From a virus, in the IMG/VR virus record IMGVR_UViG_3300045988_071562, positions 1-64,000 of that record: a stretch of 64,000 nt of DNA. One strand, given 5' to 3'. Under the pieces are notes generated by a model. It had not been told where the DNA came from, made no database searches, and was given only the letters and a program-made list of their open reading frames with translations. The position numbers and the translations under genes were made by a program. This document shows positions 26,030 through 34,433 of this stretch, piece by piece (the stretch's first letter is position 1; every line of letters begins with the position of its first letter).

Positions 26030-26431
26030 TTAAAGTAATTTTCCTGTATATATCCGGCTGTATCGACTCACAAGCTTTTTGATTCCACTGTCGCCAAAAA
26101 ACATAGGTTCCGGTCCGTATGTACGGCGGAATCCCATGCTCACCATAGTTTTGTGACTTATCTTGTCCAATTCATACAATCTGGTTAATGCTTTGCTCCC
26201 AGATGTGAAGCAATTTACTTGAAATGATGGTATTGTTGCACATTCATCTCCTTCAAGGTCACCTCTCGTAATTGGATTTCCAAGCATATAAAGCTGTGCA
26301 TATGCTTTTTTGTCAGAAGCATTTGTTTCGCTCCCGTCCATGGAATAATTGTCTGCGCCAGTAATCTTAGAAACAGCCTCTCCCCATTTTGAAAAAACTT
26401 CCAGTACAGGGGATTCTATTGTGTCTGGCAT
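26030..26431 (-). CDS. tail completion/terminator-like protein
   Basis: The SD-led start is at MPDTIESP. The upstream part of the track ORF is occupied by a terminator hairpin. Confidence 0.45.
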   Translation of the reverse strand: MPDTIESPVLEVFSKWGEAVSKITGADNYSMDGSETNASDKKAYAQLYMLGNPITRGDLEGDECATIPSFQVNCFTSGSKALTRLYELDKISHKTMVSMGFRRTYGPEPMFFGDSGIKKLVSRYSRIYTGKLL

Positions 26432-26445
26432 ATCTGTCACCTCAC

Positions 26446-26481
26446 AATAAAAAATGCGCCCACCTTTATGGTGAACGCATT
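26446..26481 (-). terminator. leader intrinsic terminator (late cassette copy B)
   Basis: Read on the minus strand: AAUGCGUUCACC-auaaa-GGUGGGCGCAUU (12 bp including 2 G-U pairs), then UUUUUAUU. Confidence 0.6.
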
Positions 26482-26509
26482 GCATGTTATGCTACAATTT
26501 AACACTGTA

Positions 26510-26555
26510 ATCATAACATAATTGGTTAGTATCATTCAGTATATTATGGTATCTT
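26510..26555 (-). promoter_or_regulatory. late-box copy B plus TGtTATGAT
   Basis: The box at 26528-26555 matches copies A and C at 25 of 28 positions. The -10 is at 26515-26510. Confidence 0.5.
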
Positions 26556-26557
26556 CT

Positions 26558-27070
26558 TTAAGAAGAGAATACCTCTTTGGCAATTTTGCGAACAGCAATA
26601 ATAACGGCTTGTTCTGCGTGATACATAGGCATGTACGCTCTATTTCCATATGAATGGCGTGTTTCTCCACTTCTTTCGTCCGTATACCACCATCCATAAG
26701 GTGAAAATGCATGGGTTTGTCCGGGGTATGTACCTACTCCGTATTCAGAACCAGAGGGCAGAGGGTAATTGTTTGAACCATATGTGATACCAGCTGAAAA
26801 TTCAATGAACAACACTTTTTCACCAGATAGTCTAACAGAAGCCCCGACGATATTTCCGTTTTGATCATTAATGATTTCTGTATAGTAAGAGCCTTTTTCT
26901 TCATCCGGGATTGACTCCATGGTCGTTTGAATAACATCCAACCCGATTTCAGACAATCGTTTTACAAAAATCTCATTTTTCCTCTGTAGTTCATTTTGGT
27001 AAGCTTTTAATTTTTTGAGGGCATTTTGAATAGATTTCGTTGATAAGTCGCATTTTATTGTCTTACCCAT
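26558..27070 (-). CDS. HK97 gp10-like neck/tail component
   Basis: 170 aa. The call rests on position and an N-terminal KSIQNALKKLKAY-type helix. Confidence 0.4.
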   Translation of the reverse strand: MGKTIKCDLSTKSIQNALKKLKAYQNELQRKNEIFVKRLSEIGLDVIQTTMESIPDEEKGSYYTEIINDQNGNIVGASVRLSGEKVLFIEFSAGITYGSNNYPLPSGSEYGVGTYPGQTHAFSPYGWWYTDERSGETRHSYGNRAYMPMYHAEQAVIIAVRKIAKEVFSS

Positions 27071-27455
27071 CCTCGTTTCCTCTCTTAGAAATTCCGTATC
27101 TGGCAATATTGCCCTTTTGTGTGTCTAAAATCTTCTTTAGCATGTAGTCTGGCAATGCTGCAGGCTCTCCATTTTCGTCCAAAATAAGGCTTCCATCCTC
27201 GCTTATTTGTGGGATTCTGTCTATCCAAAATATATCTGCTTCCTGTGGGTGAAAATTTCGATTAAAGCTTGTAATATACCTGTCATAATCTGGCACTATT
27301 CCGGCTGCGATTTCTTCCGGTGTTCCGGCTGTAGATGATACGGAAAAAGAGTACAAAGCTGGTTTCTCATAAACTTTAATGCGGTCTAATCCTTCTGTTT
27401 TTTCGGATATTCGTGACCAGTATACCTTTTGCTTTTGACGGACTAATCCTCTCAT
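27063..27455 (-). CDS. head-tail adaptor/head closure-like protein
   Basis: 130 aa, positional call. Confidence 0.4.
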   Translation of the reverse strand: MRGLVRQKQKVYWSRISEKTEGLDRIKVYEKPALYSFSVSSTAGTPEEIAAGIVPDYDRYITSFNRNFHPQEADIFWIDRIPQISEDGSLILDENGEPAALPDYMLKKILDTQKGNIARYGISKRGNEDG

Positions 27456-27505
27456 ATTTCCTCCTTCTTAAATTTGATTGATTAACTAAAACTTCTTTTA
27501 GTTAA

Positions 27506-27682
27506 TTACTTACCATCTGGATATTCCTCTTTATACAGCATTTCATATTCTTCCACAGGAAGTTTTCCTTTTTTCACATACTCAATACCATATTCTCTTA
27601 CTTTATCCTGATATTTCTCAGGAATTGCATCATATGTAATAGTTCCTACAATCAATCTGTTAAAAAATACTTTTGCCATCAT
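27506..27682 (-). CDS. hypothetical small protein
   Basis: SD-led MMAKVFFNRLIVGTITYDAIPEKYQDKV. Confidence 0.4.
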   Translation of the reverse strand: MMAKVFFNRLIVGTITYDAIPEKYQDKVREYGIEYVKKGKLPVEEYEMLYKEEYPDGK

Positions 27683-27698
27683 TTTATTTCTCCTTTTC

Positions 27699-27851
27699 TT
27701 ATTCAGCATTTCCAAGTGTTTCAAGCAGTTCGCAGACAGCAATCTCAAGGTCATTGATACGTTCTTCATTGCTTACCACCGTTTCTTTTTTCTCAAAGTC
27801 TGATTCAACCAGACCAAGTTTCTCAATCATTTTCTTCTGCATTTCAGTCAT
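27699..27851 (-). CDS. hypothetical 50-aa coiled-coil protein
   Basis: ATGA overlap with the fibre-like gene stop. Below the track cutoff. Confidence 0.35.
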   Translation of the reverse strand: MTEMQKKMIEKLGLVESDFEKKETVVSNEERINDLEIAVCELLETLGNAE

Positions 27852-29527
27852 TTTGCCACCTCCGCTAAAGATATTACATATTCCTCAGAACTTGGTACAG
27901 GAATTCTGTAATCATTACCGTTGCTGTTTTTGAACGTCAGTGTACCGCCTACTTCAACTTCAAGAGGTTCTTGGAATGTATTGCCTATGATATCCGAGAT
28001 GTCAGAAACAATTGGTTCGGCAAGTTCATAGCAGAGCATGATTCCATTGATCTTGTTTTTGAAATCGTTTTCATCGGTACAAAATGTTGATTTCACCGTG
28101 AACTGAAGAGGGTATGCCATTTCACTATTACCTATACTATATTCGTATTCATTTCTATTAATATCGTTTACTTTTACGATATTAAATTTCTCACATATTG
28201 AATTTCCACTGTATGTGCTATATCTTCTTATGACTGTGTTAAGGCTGCCGCTTTTATATGTTGCATTGCCATCACGCTGAGCGTCACCAGACTCCATCCA
28301 ATTCAACGTCCCCAAATCCACTTTGTCAACTCTCTGGATATACTGCTTATTCTCCCAATTCACTTCATTTCTCACATCCCCAGCTGACCAACCGTAACCA
28401 GGAAGATTAAGAATGGCTTGTGGAATAGAGTAATGTGTTTCTTGAGTTTTGGTATCTGAATATGTAATTTCATTCACAGAAGCGCTCATCAACTCTCCTG
28501 CATTATACGGATAATAGTCTGCTGGAAACATAGCTTCAAATTCCTCTTGTGTGGATGGTTCGTTGCCAGTACCAAACATTTGTGTGAGATCAAAAATATT
28601 CATTCGCATCGTAATATTATCCACGGTTACTTTGTCTTTTACAAATATTATTGGATTAAAAGCGTAATTATAAATTACTGCTTTTTTTAGTGGGGAAGAA
28701 CCGCCGTTAATTGCAAAACCATAATTTCCATCAGAATATTTATCGGCTTTAACTAAATATTTATGACCTGATACATATTTTTTTGAAAATAAATATACGA
28801 TTGTATCAATTCCATCATCGTTAGATGCACTGCAAGTTCCATTTATTGTCCACGAACCATCCTTATTGTTTATAAAAGAAATACCATTTTTCGTAATAGA
28901 TTTCCCGCTATTTAAATTCAACTGATTCCAAACAATTGTCTTACCTCCGATACTTTTAATGCTTGCTACTTTCGCACCACTTGGAACCGTTTTCTGATAA
29001 GCTTCCGCATCATCTGTCTGAAATTCATAGCTGATACCCTGATTAAGTTTCCAGAGTGCATCGAGTTTTCTGTCAGTTTTAACAAGGGATGTTTTATCGG
29101 CTTTAGATATCATGTCTTCCTTTAGTGAACCAGTTTCCGTTTTCAGTGAAGCAATGTCTGTCTTGTTCTGCTCGATCTGCTGTGCCTGTTCTGTCGTGGC
29201 GCCAGGCTTGACTGGGTTCTTCTCAAAATATTCCGTGACTAATCTTTGTATTACCGACTCTGCTTCTTCTTTTGTAAAATAAAGTGACATATCAATCGGT
29301 GCGCCCATAGTATCCCAGGTCACGCCATTCCAGGATACGTTCATTCCAGCTTCGCCGTAGATGGATTTGGATTCGATATTGTACATGTCTCCAATGGCTG
29401 GATTTAACGGAAGCAAATCAGCAGTCGCAACTGTACCTCTGTATCTTACAGGGCTATTTAATTTTGCTTCCATATCGGAAATCTGGCGTTTTAATATTGC
29501 ATATACTTTCTTTGCTGTTAATGCCAT
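27848..29527 (-). CDS. fibre-like protein
   Basis: SD-led MALTAKK. YRGTVATADLLPLNPAIGDMYNIES...NVSWNGVTWDTMG is a motif common at N-termini of prophage fibre proteins. A coiled coil and a beta-rich C-terminal domain follow. Confidence 0.5.
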   Translation of the reverse strand: MALTAKKVYAILKRQISDMEAKLNSPVRYRGTVATADLLPLNPAIGDMYNIESKSIYGEAGMNVSWNGVTWDTMGAPIDMSLYFTKEEAESVIQRLVTEYFEKNPVKPGATTEQAQQIEQNKTDIASLKTETGSLKEDMISKADKTSLVKTDRKLDALWKLNQGISYEFQTDDAEAYQKTVPSGAKVASIKSIGGKTIVWNQLNLNSGKSITKNGISFINNKDGSWTINGTCSASNDDGIDTIVYLFSKKYVSGHKYLVKADKYSDGNYGFAINGGSSPLKKAVIYNYAFNPIIFVKDKVTVDNITMRMNIFDLTQMFGTGNEPSTQEEFEAMFPADYYPYNAGELMSASVNEITYSDTKTQETHYSIPQAILNLPGYGWSAGDVRNEVNWENKQYIQRVDKVDLGTLNWMESGDAQRDGNATYKSGSLNTVIRRYSTYSGNSICEKFNIVKVNDINRNEYEYSIGNSEMAYPLQFTVKSTFCTDENDFKNKINGIMLCYELAEPIVSDISDIIGNTFQEPLEVEVGGTLTFKNSNGNDYRIPVPSSEEYVISLAEVAK

Positions 29528-29540
29528 ATGCGCTTCTCCT

Positions 29541-29783
29541 TTACAGTTTGTACCATGTATCGGTAGGTTTGTGATATTCGTATAATTCAGAAGTATCAAG
29601 GCACAACGCCGAAGAACCGCTCTGTACATAATGTGGGAGCTTTGATACATCTTTTGAAAGTCCCTCGTAATCACGAACCATACCTTTTGCATCTGTACAT
29701 ACCCAACTGCCTAAATCAGGCAATTCATCACCTGGATTGTACTGAATGCCATCAAAAATAATTGTGTTTTCTGCTTTTGCCAT
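29541..29783 (-). CDS. hypothetical protein
   Basis: 80-aa ORF. Confidence 0.4.
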   Translation of the reverse strand: MAKAENTIIFDGIQYNPGDELPDLGSWVCTDAKGMVRDYEGLSKDVSKLPHYVQSGSSALCLDTSELYEYHKPTDTWYKL

Positions 29784-30170
29784 TTACGCAATCATCCTTT
29801 CTGCCCCAATGGGAGCTACATATGTGAACTGGTTTCCTAAAATATCTCTGGCTGTGCCAATAACAAACTGTCCATAGTCTGCCAGAATATTGCATACAAA
29901 TTCCTCTGCATCCACCCAATACCGTTTCTTAACCATACGATGAAGTTCTGGTAATAGACCATAGCTGAACATCACACAATGCCCTAACTCATGAATAAAT
30001 ACACGGTTTATAAGTTCGCCATGCAGGTTGTTTGCAATCGAAATTGTCATTGTAGAGTAATCAGATACAGCAAGTGTCCTCTGCCCTGTACGGTCAATCA
30101 AAACATTATCATTTGGAGAAACAAAGCGAACTCTCCATAAGTCCCCATTCATATAGAATTGTCGTAGCAT
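29784..30170 (-). CDS. ImmA/IrrE-like zinc metallopeptidase
   Basis: FIHELGHCV (HExxH) followed by EEFVCNILADYG, which resembles the second ImmA/IrrE motif. Confidence 0.55.
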   Translation of the reverse strand: MLRQFYMNGDLWRVRFVSPNDNVLIDRTGQRTLAVSDYSTMTISIANNLHGELINRVFIHELGHCVMFSYGLLPELHRMVKKRYWVDAEEFVCNILADYGQFVIGTARDILGNQFTYVAPIGAERMIA

Positions 30171-30246
30171 GGTTTATCACCATCCTTTCTACGAAAAAAG
30201 CCCCTGCCGCATTAATTTGCGACAAGGACTTAATTCATTTATTACT

Positions 30247-30873
30247 CTAGTTCATCTGCTGTACAAGACGGGTCAGATCAGTTTTCATCGACTGTCTGAG
30301 CGATGCATCCGCATCAGACCACATTTCTGTGAGATTACGGATAATATCGGATGTGTACTCTTTCATGGAATCATCCATTTTTCTTTTGGATTCCGTGTCT
30401 TTGGAATCATGATAATGCCTACGATTCTCATCGTATCTATCATAGGATTCGCCATATCTGGATTTCTTCCGATTCATGTCACCCATTTCCATATCACTAC
30501 GGTCTGGATGATATCCCATGCGGTACATATTGCGCTCAAATTCTGGATTGTTTAAATACTCATCCATCCAGTCATCATCCTGCATATACAGATACGGTCT
30601 ATAGCCTTTTCTGGTTCCCCTACCTTTTGGAGCGAAACGCCCATTTGAATAGCGGTAACGGTCATATCCCATGCGTCCAAGATACTTTTCTTCCTGTTCG
30701 CATTCATCCATGGCTTCTACAATACGATAATCTTTGTCAGCGCAAATTGCACATTTAACCGCTTCCATGCAGTCTTTCAGATCGTCCCAGTCTTGAGCGC
30801 TGAGATTATCAAAGCCATGTGTTTTTGCTTTTTCCATAGCCCATTTTCCCATTTCCATTGCAACTTTATGCAT
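30247..30873 (-). CDS. Arg/Tyr/Asp/Met-rich low-complexity protein
   Basis: 208 aa, e.g. GRMGYDRYRYSNGRFAPKGRGTRKGYRPYLYMQDDDWMDEY. Confidence 0.5.
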   Translation of the reverse strand: MHKVAMEMGKWAMEKAKTHGFDNLSAQDWDDLKDCMEAVKCAICADKDYRIVEAMDECEQEEKYLGRMGYDRYRYSNGRFAPKGRGTRKGYRPYLYMQDDDWMDEYLNNPEFERNMYRMGYHPDRSDMEMGDMNRKKSRYGESYDRYDENRRHYHDSKDTESKRKMDDSMKEYTSDIIRNLTEMWSDADASLRQSMKTDLTRLVQQMN

Positions 30874-31298
30874 TACAGTGCCCCCTTTCTAACAGCCTGC
30901 GTAACAGGTGCTTCTGTCGTTGGGGCTGTACCATTAATTGCTTTCAAATTGTTGCTCGGACTACATGCCGGATTTCCTAACATTTTGAACGCTCCACCAG
31001 TAGCACTTGTTGCAACTCTGGTTGCATATTTTGTTCTGGTTCTTACGCCACATGCTGTTACCTGTGCGCAACAACGATTCTCCAATGGATATAAAGTTGT
31101 TCCTGTTCCTATCTGAATCATCACTGGGGCGGTAATTGTGGTTGTATTCGGAATAGACTGCGCTAAAACAATGCAGTATTTTTCTCCATTATTGTAGCTT
31201 CCTTCCGGGATAGTAACCACAAGATTTCCACCTGTGAATGCAATTGCAGTAGACAGCACAAGGTGATTGCAAATCTTACAAACATTCTTACATGCCAT
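30873..31298 (-). CDS. Cys-rich small protein
   Basis: 141 aa. An N-terminal MACKNVCKIC cluster, plus internal CC and further Cys residues. Confidence 0.5.
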   Translation of the reverse strand: MACKNVCKICNHLVLSTAIAFTGGNLVVTIPEGSYNNGEKYCIVLAQSIPNTTTITAPVMIQIGTGTTLYPLENRCCAQVTACGVRTRTKYATRVATSATGGAFKMLGNPACSPSNNLKAINGTAPTTEAPVTQAVRKGAL

Positions 31299-31376
31299 AT
31301 TTTTTACCTCTCAATCAATAAGAGGTGAGCCGCAACCCACCTCTTAGAATTTAGTCAACCTCTAAGGGTGAGTTAC

Positions 31377-32183
31377 TTAGCAACAACCACTGTTGCATCC
31401 GTTGTTTCCGTAATATCCATACAAATTACTTGCCGGATATGACGGAACTGGAAGCGGTGCAGTGCGTCTGAGGATTTCTGCTGTATTTGCGTTCATAGCC
31501 GCCTGTAATACCGCATTCTGGTCGGACTGTGAAGCCGCCAGTTTAAGTGCCTGATTCTCTGCTCTGAGGTCTGCTGTCTCTTTCTGGCAAAGATAATCAA
31601 GGATTGCTCTTGTGTTGCTGTTCTGATTTTCCAGAAGGTCTCTGGTGTTATTGTTCATTGTGTTCTGCAATGCACAAGTGTTGGTAGCCAGGTTATAGTT
31701 GATACCCTGGATGGCTTCTCTGTTGTCACAGCAACACTGAGCTAACTGAGACTGTAATGCGTTTGTGTTCTGCATATTCGCTACAGTATCAGCATTGATT
31801 GCCTGCTGAACGCCGTTGAAACCTTGAAGCATTCCAACATTCACACCATTGAAGCCACTCTGCATGGTATTGTTAAGTGCATATGTGCTATCACAAATGC
31901 CCTGCTGAATACCTCTAATACCATTCTGAATATCGTTCAGAGCAAAGCTCTCATTGATATCCGCTCTGGTTGCCCATCCTTGGAAACCTGCACCATTTGT
32001 ACCGTTTCCACCATTGCCACCCCAGCCGCCAAAGCCGCCGAAACCGCCCCAGCCAAAGATTGCGAAAATAAGGACAAGCCAAATAAGGGAAAAACCATCG
32101 CCGCCCCACATGTCGTTTGCACGGTTATTAGAGCCTGTAGCGGCTGCAATGTCGCTAAGACTATAATTTGAACCATTCATCAT
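31377..32183 (-). CDS. membrane-anchored Gly/Trp-rich then Asn/Gln-rich protein with Cys-rich C-terminus
   Basis: FSLIWLVLIFAIFGWGGFGGFGGWGGNGGNG, then an N/Q-rich ~190 aa containing QCCCDN, ending GNNGCNSGCC. Confidence 0.55.
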   Translation of the reverse strand: MMNGSNYSLSDIAAATGSNNRANDMWGGDGFSLIWLVLIFAIFGWGGFGGFGGWGGNGGNGTNGAGFQGWATRADINESFALNDIQNGIRGIQQGICDSTYALNNTMQSGFNGVNVGMLQGFNGVQQAINADTVANMQNTNALQSQLAQCCCDNREAIQGINYNLATNTCALQNTMNNNTRDLLENQNSNTRAILDYLCQKETADLRAENQALKLAASQSDQNAVLQAAMNANTAEILRRTAPLPVPSYPASNLYGYYGNNGCNSGCC

Positions 32184-32277
32184 GTTTTTAGTCTCCTTAA
32201 ATTTTATTTACAATAGGAGACATCCGCGGCTGTCATCCCAAATTGTAGCGATTCTAAATCACCCAATTATGGGGAAG

Positions 32278-32526
32278 TTATTTCATCCCTAAAAATTTTT
32301 CTAAAATTCCTTCAGGAGAAAAATTCTTTTCTTTAAATATATTTTGCTGAACTTGGTGTAGTTGTTCTGTATCGCCATGTTTGTATAAATCCAGAGCATT
32401 TTTTAATGTTGGATTGTTTCCAGCAAATTTACTCATATCGTTCATCATGTTATCAACACTTCCGAACCTCTGAGAAATCATTTGCTGAATTTTTTGTTTC
32501 ATTATTGTATTTGGGTTGAAATTCAT
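32278..32526 (-). CDS. hypothetical protein
   Basis: 82-aa ORF overlapping the upstream stop. Confidence 0.4.
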   Translation of the reverse strand: MNFNPNTIMKQKIQQMISQRFGSVDNMMNDMSKFAGNNPTLKNALDLYKHGDTEQLHQVQQNIFKEKNFSPEGILEKFLGMK

Positions 32527-33011
32527 CTCTGATTACCTCCCTTCTGTGTCTTGGGCGGTTCAGATTGTATTGGCAATAATTCTTTAATTTCAGAAATTTC
32601 AGCATGAACATCATCACGAAGTTGATTAATCAGCGAAACAATATCAACTTGATTTGCATTATTGGTTTCTGGTTGTTCTCCTTCATTTACAAGTCTGTAA
32701 GTGAAAATTCGGCTTCTGCCATCTGCCTGTAACTGTTTTCGGTAAACTTCTGTACCATCAGTTTTTGGATAATAAACAGGATTCCCGGACATATCCACAT
32801 CTTTTGCCTTTACAGTATCAATTCCATCAACCATCTGTCCTTGCAACATGGGGATTTGTGGTACTTGTGGCATTTGTTGTATTGGTTGCTGAATCTGTGC
32901 CTGTCCGTATGGCATTGCCTGCTGATAACTATTCTGCAATTGTGCTAATCTATCTTGATACGGTTGTATTTGTTGAAATGGTTGCGCAAAATACGGATTA
33001 CCATACTGCAT
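32523..33011 (-). CDS. Gln/Pro-rich protein
   Basis: An N-terminal 60 aa of QPFQQIQPYQ...QIQQPIQQMPQVPQIPMLQGQ, followed by a globular C-terminal part. Confidence 0.5.
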   Translation of the reverse strand: MQYGNPYFAQPFQQIQPYQDRLAQLQNSYQQAMPYGQAQIQQPIQQMPQVPQIPMLQGQMVDGIDTVKAKDVDMSGNPVYYPKTDGTEVYRKQLQADGRSRIFTYRLVNEGEQPETNNANQVDIVSLINQLRDDVHAEISEIKELLPIQSEPPKTQKGGNQR

Positions 33012-33069
33012 ATCTCAAACCTCCCTTGTTTTTATAAGTATATTTTACAATAATAAGAGGTTGATTAAC

Positions 33070-33098
33070 ACGCCATGATAACGCCATAAATACGCCAT
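33070..33098 (-). repeat. three direct ACGCCAT repeats at exact 11-bp spacing
   Basis: Copies at 33070, 33081 and 33092. The minus strand reads ATGGCGT x3, about 40-70 nt upstream of a TATACT -10 for gene 32523-33011. Confidence 0.6.
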
Positions 33099-33100
33099 TT

Positions 33101-33340
33101 CTATGAATGCAAAGAAAAGCCCCGACAATACATCGGGGCAACTTTCATAATTTTCTTTTTTAATTTTCTATTTATGCGGTCTACAGTTCTTGTGCTGTAC
33201 CCCATGATTTCTGAAGCTTCTGCAAGTGTTTTTTCTTCGTAAACACGCAATCGGAATAACTCTTTTTCTCTGGAATCAAATCCAGCTTCACGCAAATAGA
33301 AGATTCTTTCATCTTCCGAAAAGTCTTTATAATTATCCAT
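33101..33340 (-). CDS. small sigma-70 region-4-like HTH protein
   Basis: SREKELFRLRVYEEKTLAEASEIMGYSTRTVDRINRKLKKKI. The start is placed at MDNYKDF. Confidence 0.55.
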   Translation of the reverse strand: MDNYKDFSEDERIFYLREAGFDSREKELFRLRVYEEKTLAEASEIMGYSTRTVDRINRKLKKKIMKVAPMYCRGFSLHS

Positions 33341-33371
33341 TCCACCGTCCTCCCTGTTAGTGGAATCAATA

Positions 33372-33683
33372 TTACACCGGGAAAATGCCTTTAAGGGCAA
33401 ATCCTAAAACAATACCAATTATGCCAGTTATGACATAAGCAATAATTTTGTCCTGTAATTTTCCTGGCTTTTCCATGAGTGCTTTTAAATTGTCGTTCAT
33501 TTCGTCAACTGTATCTTTGATGTGGCTCAGGTCATTGTTGTATAAAGCAATTTTCTGTTCCAGCGCATTGATACGTTCAAAAAAAATTCCATCCCTTTTG
33601 GAATGCTTTTCTTTCATCTCATGGACGGCGCTTTCCAATTCTTTCAAGCGGTGTTCGTTAATACACTCGTGTTCACATCCCAT
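33372..33683 (-). CDS. XhlA-like coiled-coil protein with a C-terminal TM anchor
   Basis: 103 aa. A coiled coil is followed by IIAYVITGIIGIVLGFALKGIF. Confidence 0.5.
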   Translation of the reverse strand: MGCEHECINEHRLKELESAVHEMKEKHSKRDGIFFERINALEQKIALYNNDLSHIKDTVDEMNDNLKALMEKPGKLQDKIIAYVITGIIGIVLGFALKGIFPV

Positions 33684-33792
33684 CGCTATTCCTTTCCATC
33701 ACTCCCATTTTTTTAAGATATTGCTTCTACCCACCTAATTTGAAGCACCCCTGCGATACGTGGGAGGATTGACGTATCACGCACACACCATC

Positions 33793-34113
33793 TTAGAATC
33801 CGATAAATGGAAAAACTCCATGATTTACATAGATTTCAGTTTCGGAATTCCAACTTCTATTTACGGAAGATTCGGAATGTGATCCTTGGAATTCAGCTCC
33901 CTGTTTCACTAGAAAGAAAAGAGCCAAATCAAATATGCAATCATAGCAGTTTTCCATATCAGAATTTATTTTCTCATCACTGTAGGATGAAGGATAATTC
34001 CTTTTCTTCTTAAATGAACGAATAGCCCTCTTTGCTGAAAGAGGAATCATCCTCGCAGTTTCTGCATCATCTTCAAGATAATTTGTCAAATCCTCTATAA
34101 GCTGTTCGTCCAT
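33793..34113 (-). CDS. head-tail connector (gp6-like)
   Basis: 106 aa. Position and an acidic N-terminal helix, DLTNYLEDDAETARMI. Confidence 0.45.
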   Translation of the reverse strand: MDEQLIEDLTNYLEDDAETARMIPLSAKRAIRSFKKKRNYPSSYSDEKINSDMENCYDCIFDLALFFLVKQGAEFQGSHSESSVNRSWNSETEIYVNHGVFPFIGF

Positions 34114-34121
34114 TTAATCAC

Positions 34122-34433
34122 CTACCTTTGCTGAGATAAAATCTCTGATATTATTCCAGCCTTATTAGTTGCTGTCAGGGCATAGCCGTTATCACTTGCG
34201 AGTTGTCTTAACTGAGATACAGTCATATTAGACAACTCGCTTTCTGTATACTTATGTGTTGATTCATCATAAGCACTTGCTACAGATGGTGACTGGCTGT
34301 TTTCATCGAGACTATGCCCGGTTATTCCCCCGCCTTGGTACCGATTACGATACCGCCGTTGGCTTTGGGTACAACCGGGACGAACATACCGGATGCTTTT
34401 GTCCATACTGCAACTGGATCCTGTGTAGCCCAC
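34122..34433 (-). CDS. ORF in the -1 frame overlapping the capsid 3' end; carries a HeH/Rho-N-like motif
   Basis: It has no SD or plausible own start. The C-terminal MTVSQLRQLASDNGYALTATNKAGIISEIL is HeH/SAP-like. It may be a frameshift extension of the capsid protein. Confidence 0.4.
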   Translation of the reverse strand: MGYTGSSCSMDKSIRYVRPGCTQSQRRYRNRYQGGGITGHSLDENSQSPSVASAYDESTHKYTESELSNMTVSQLRQLASDNGYALTATNKAGIISEILSQQR

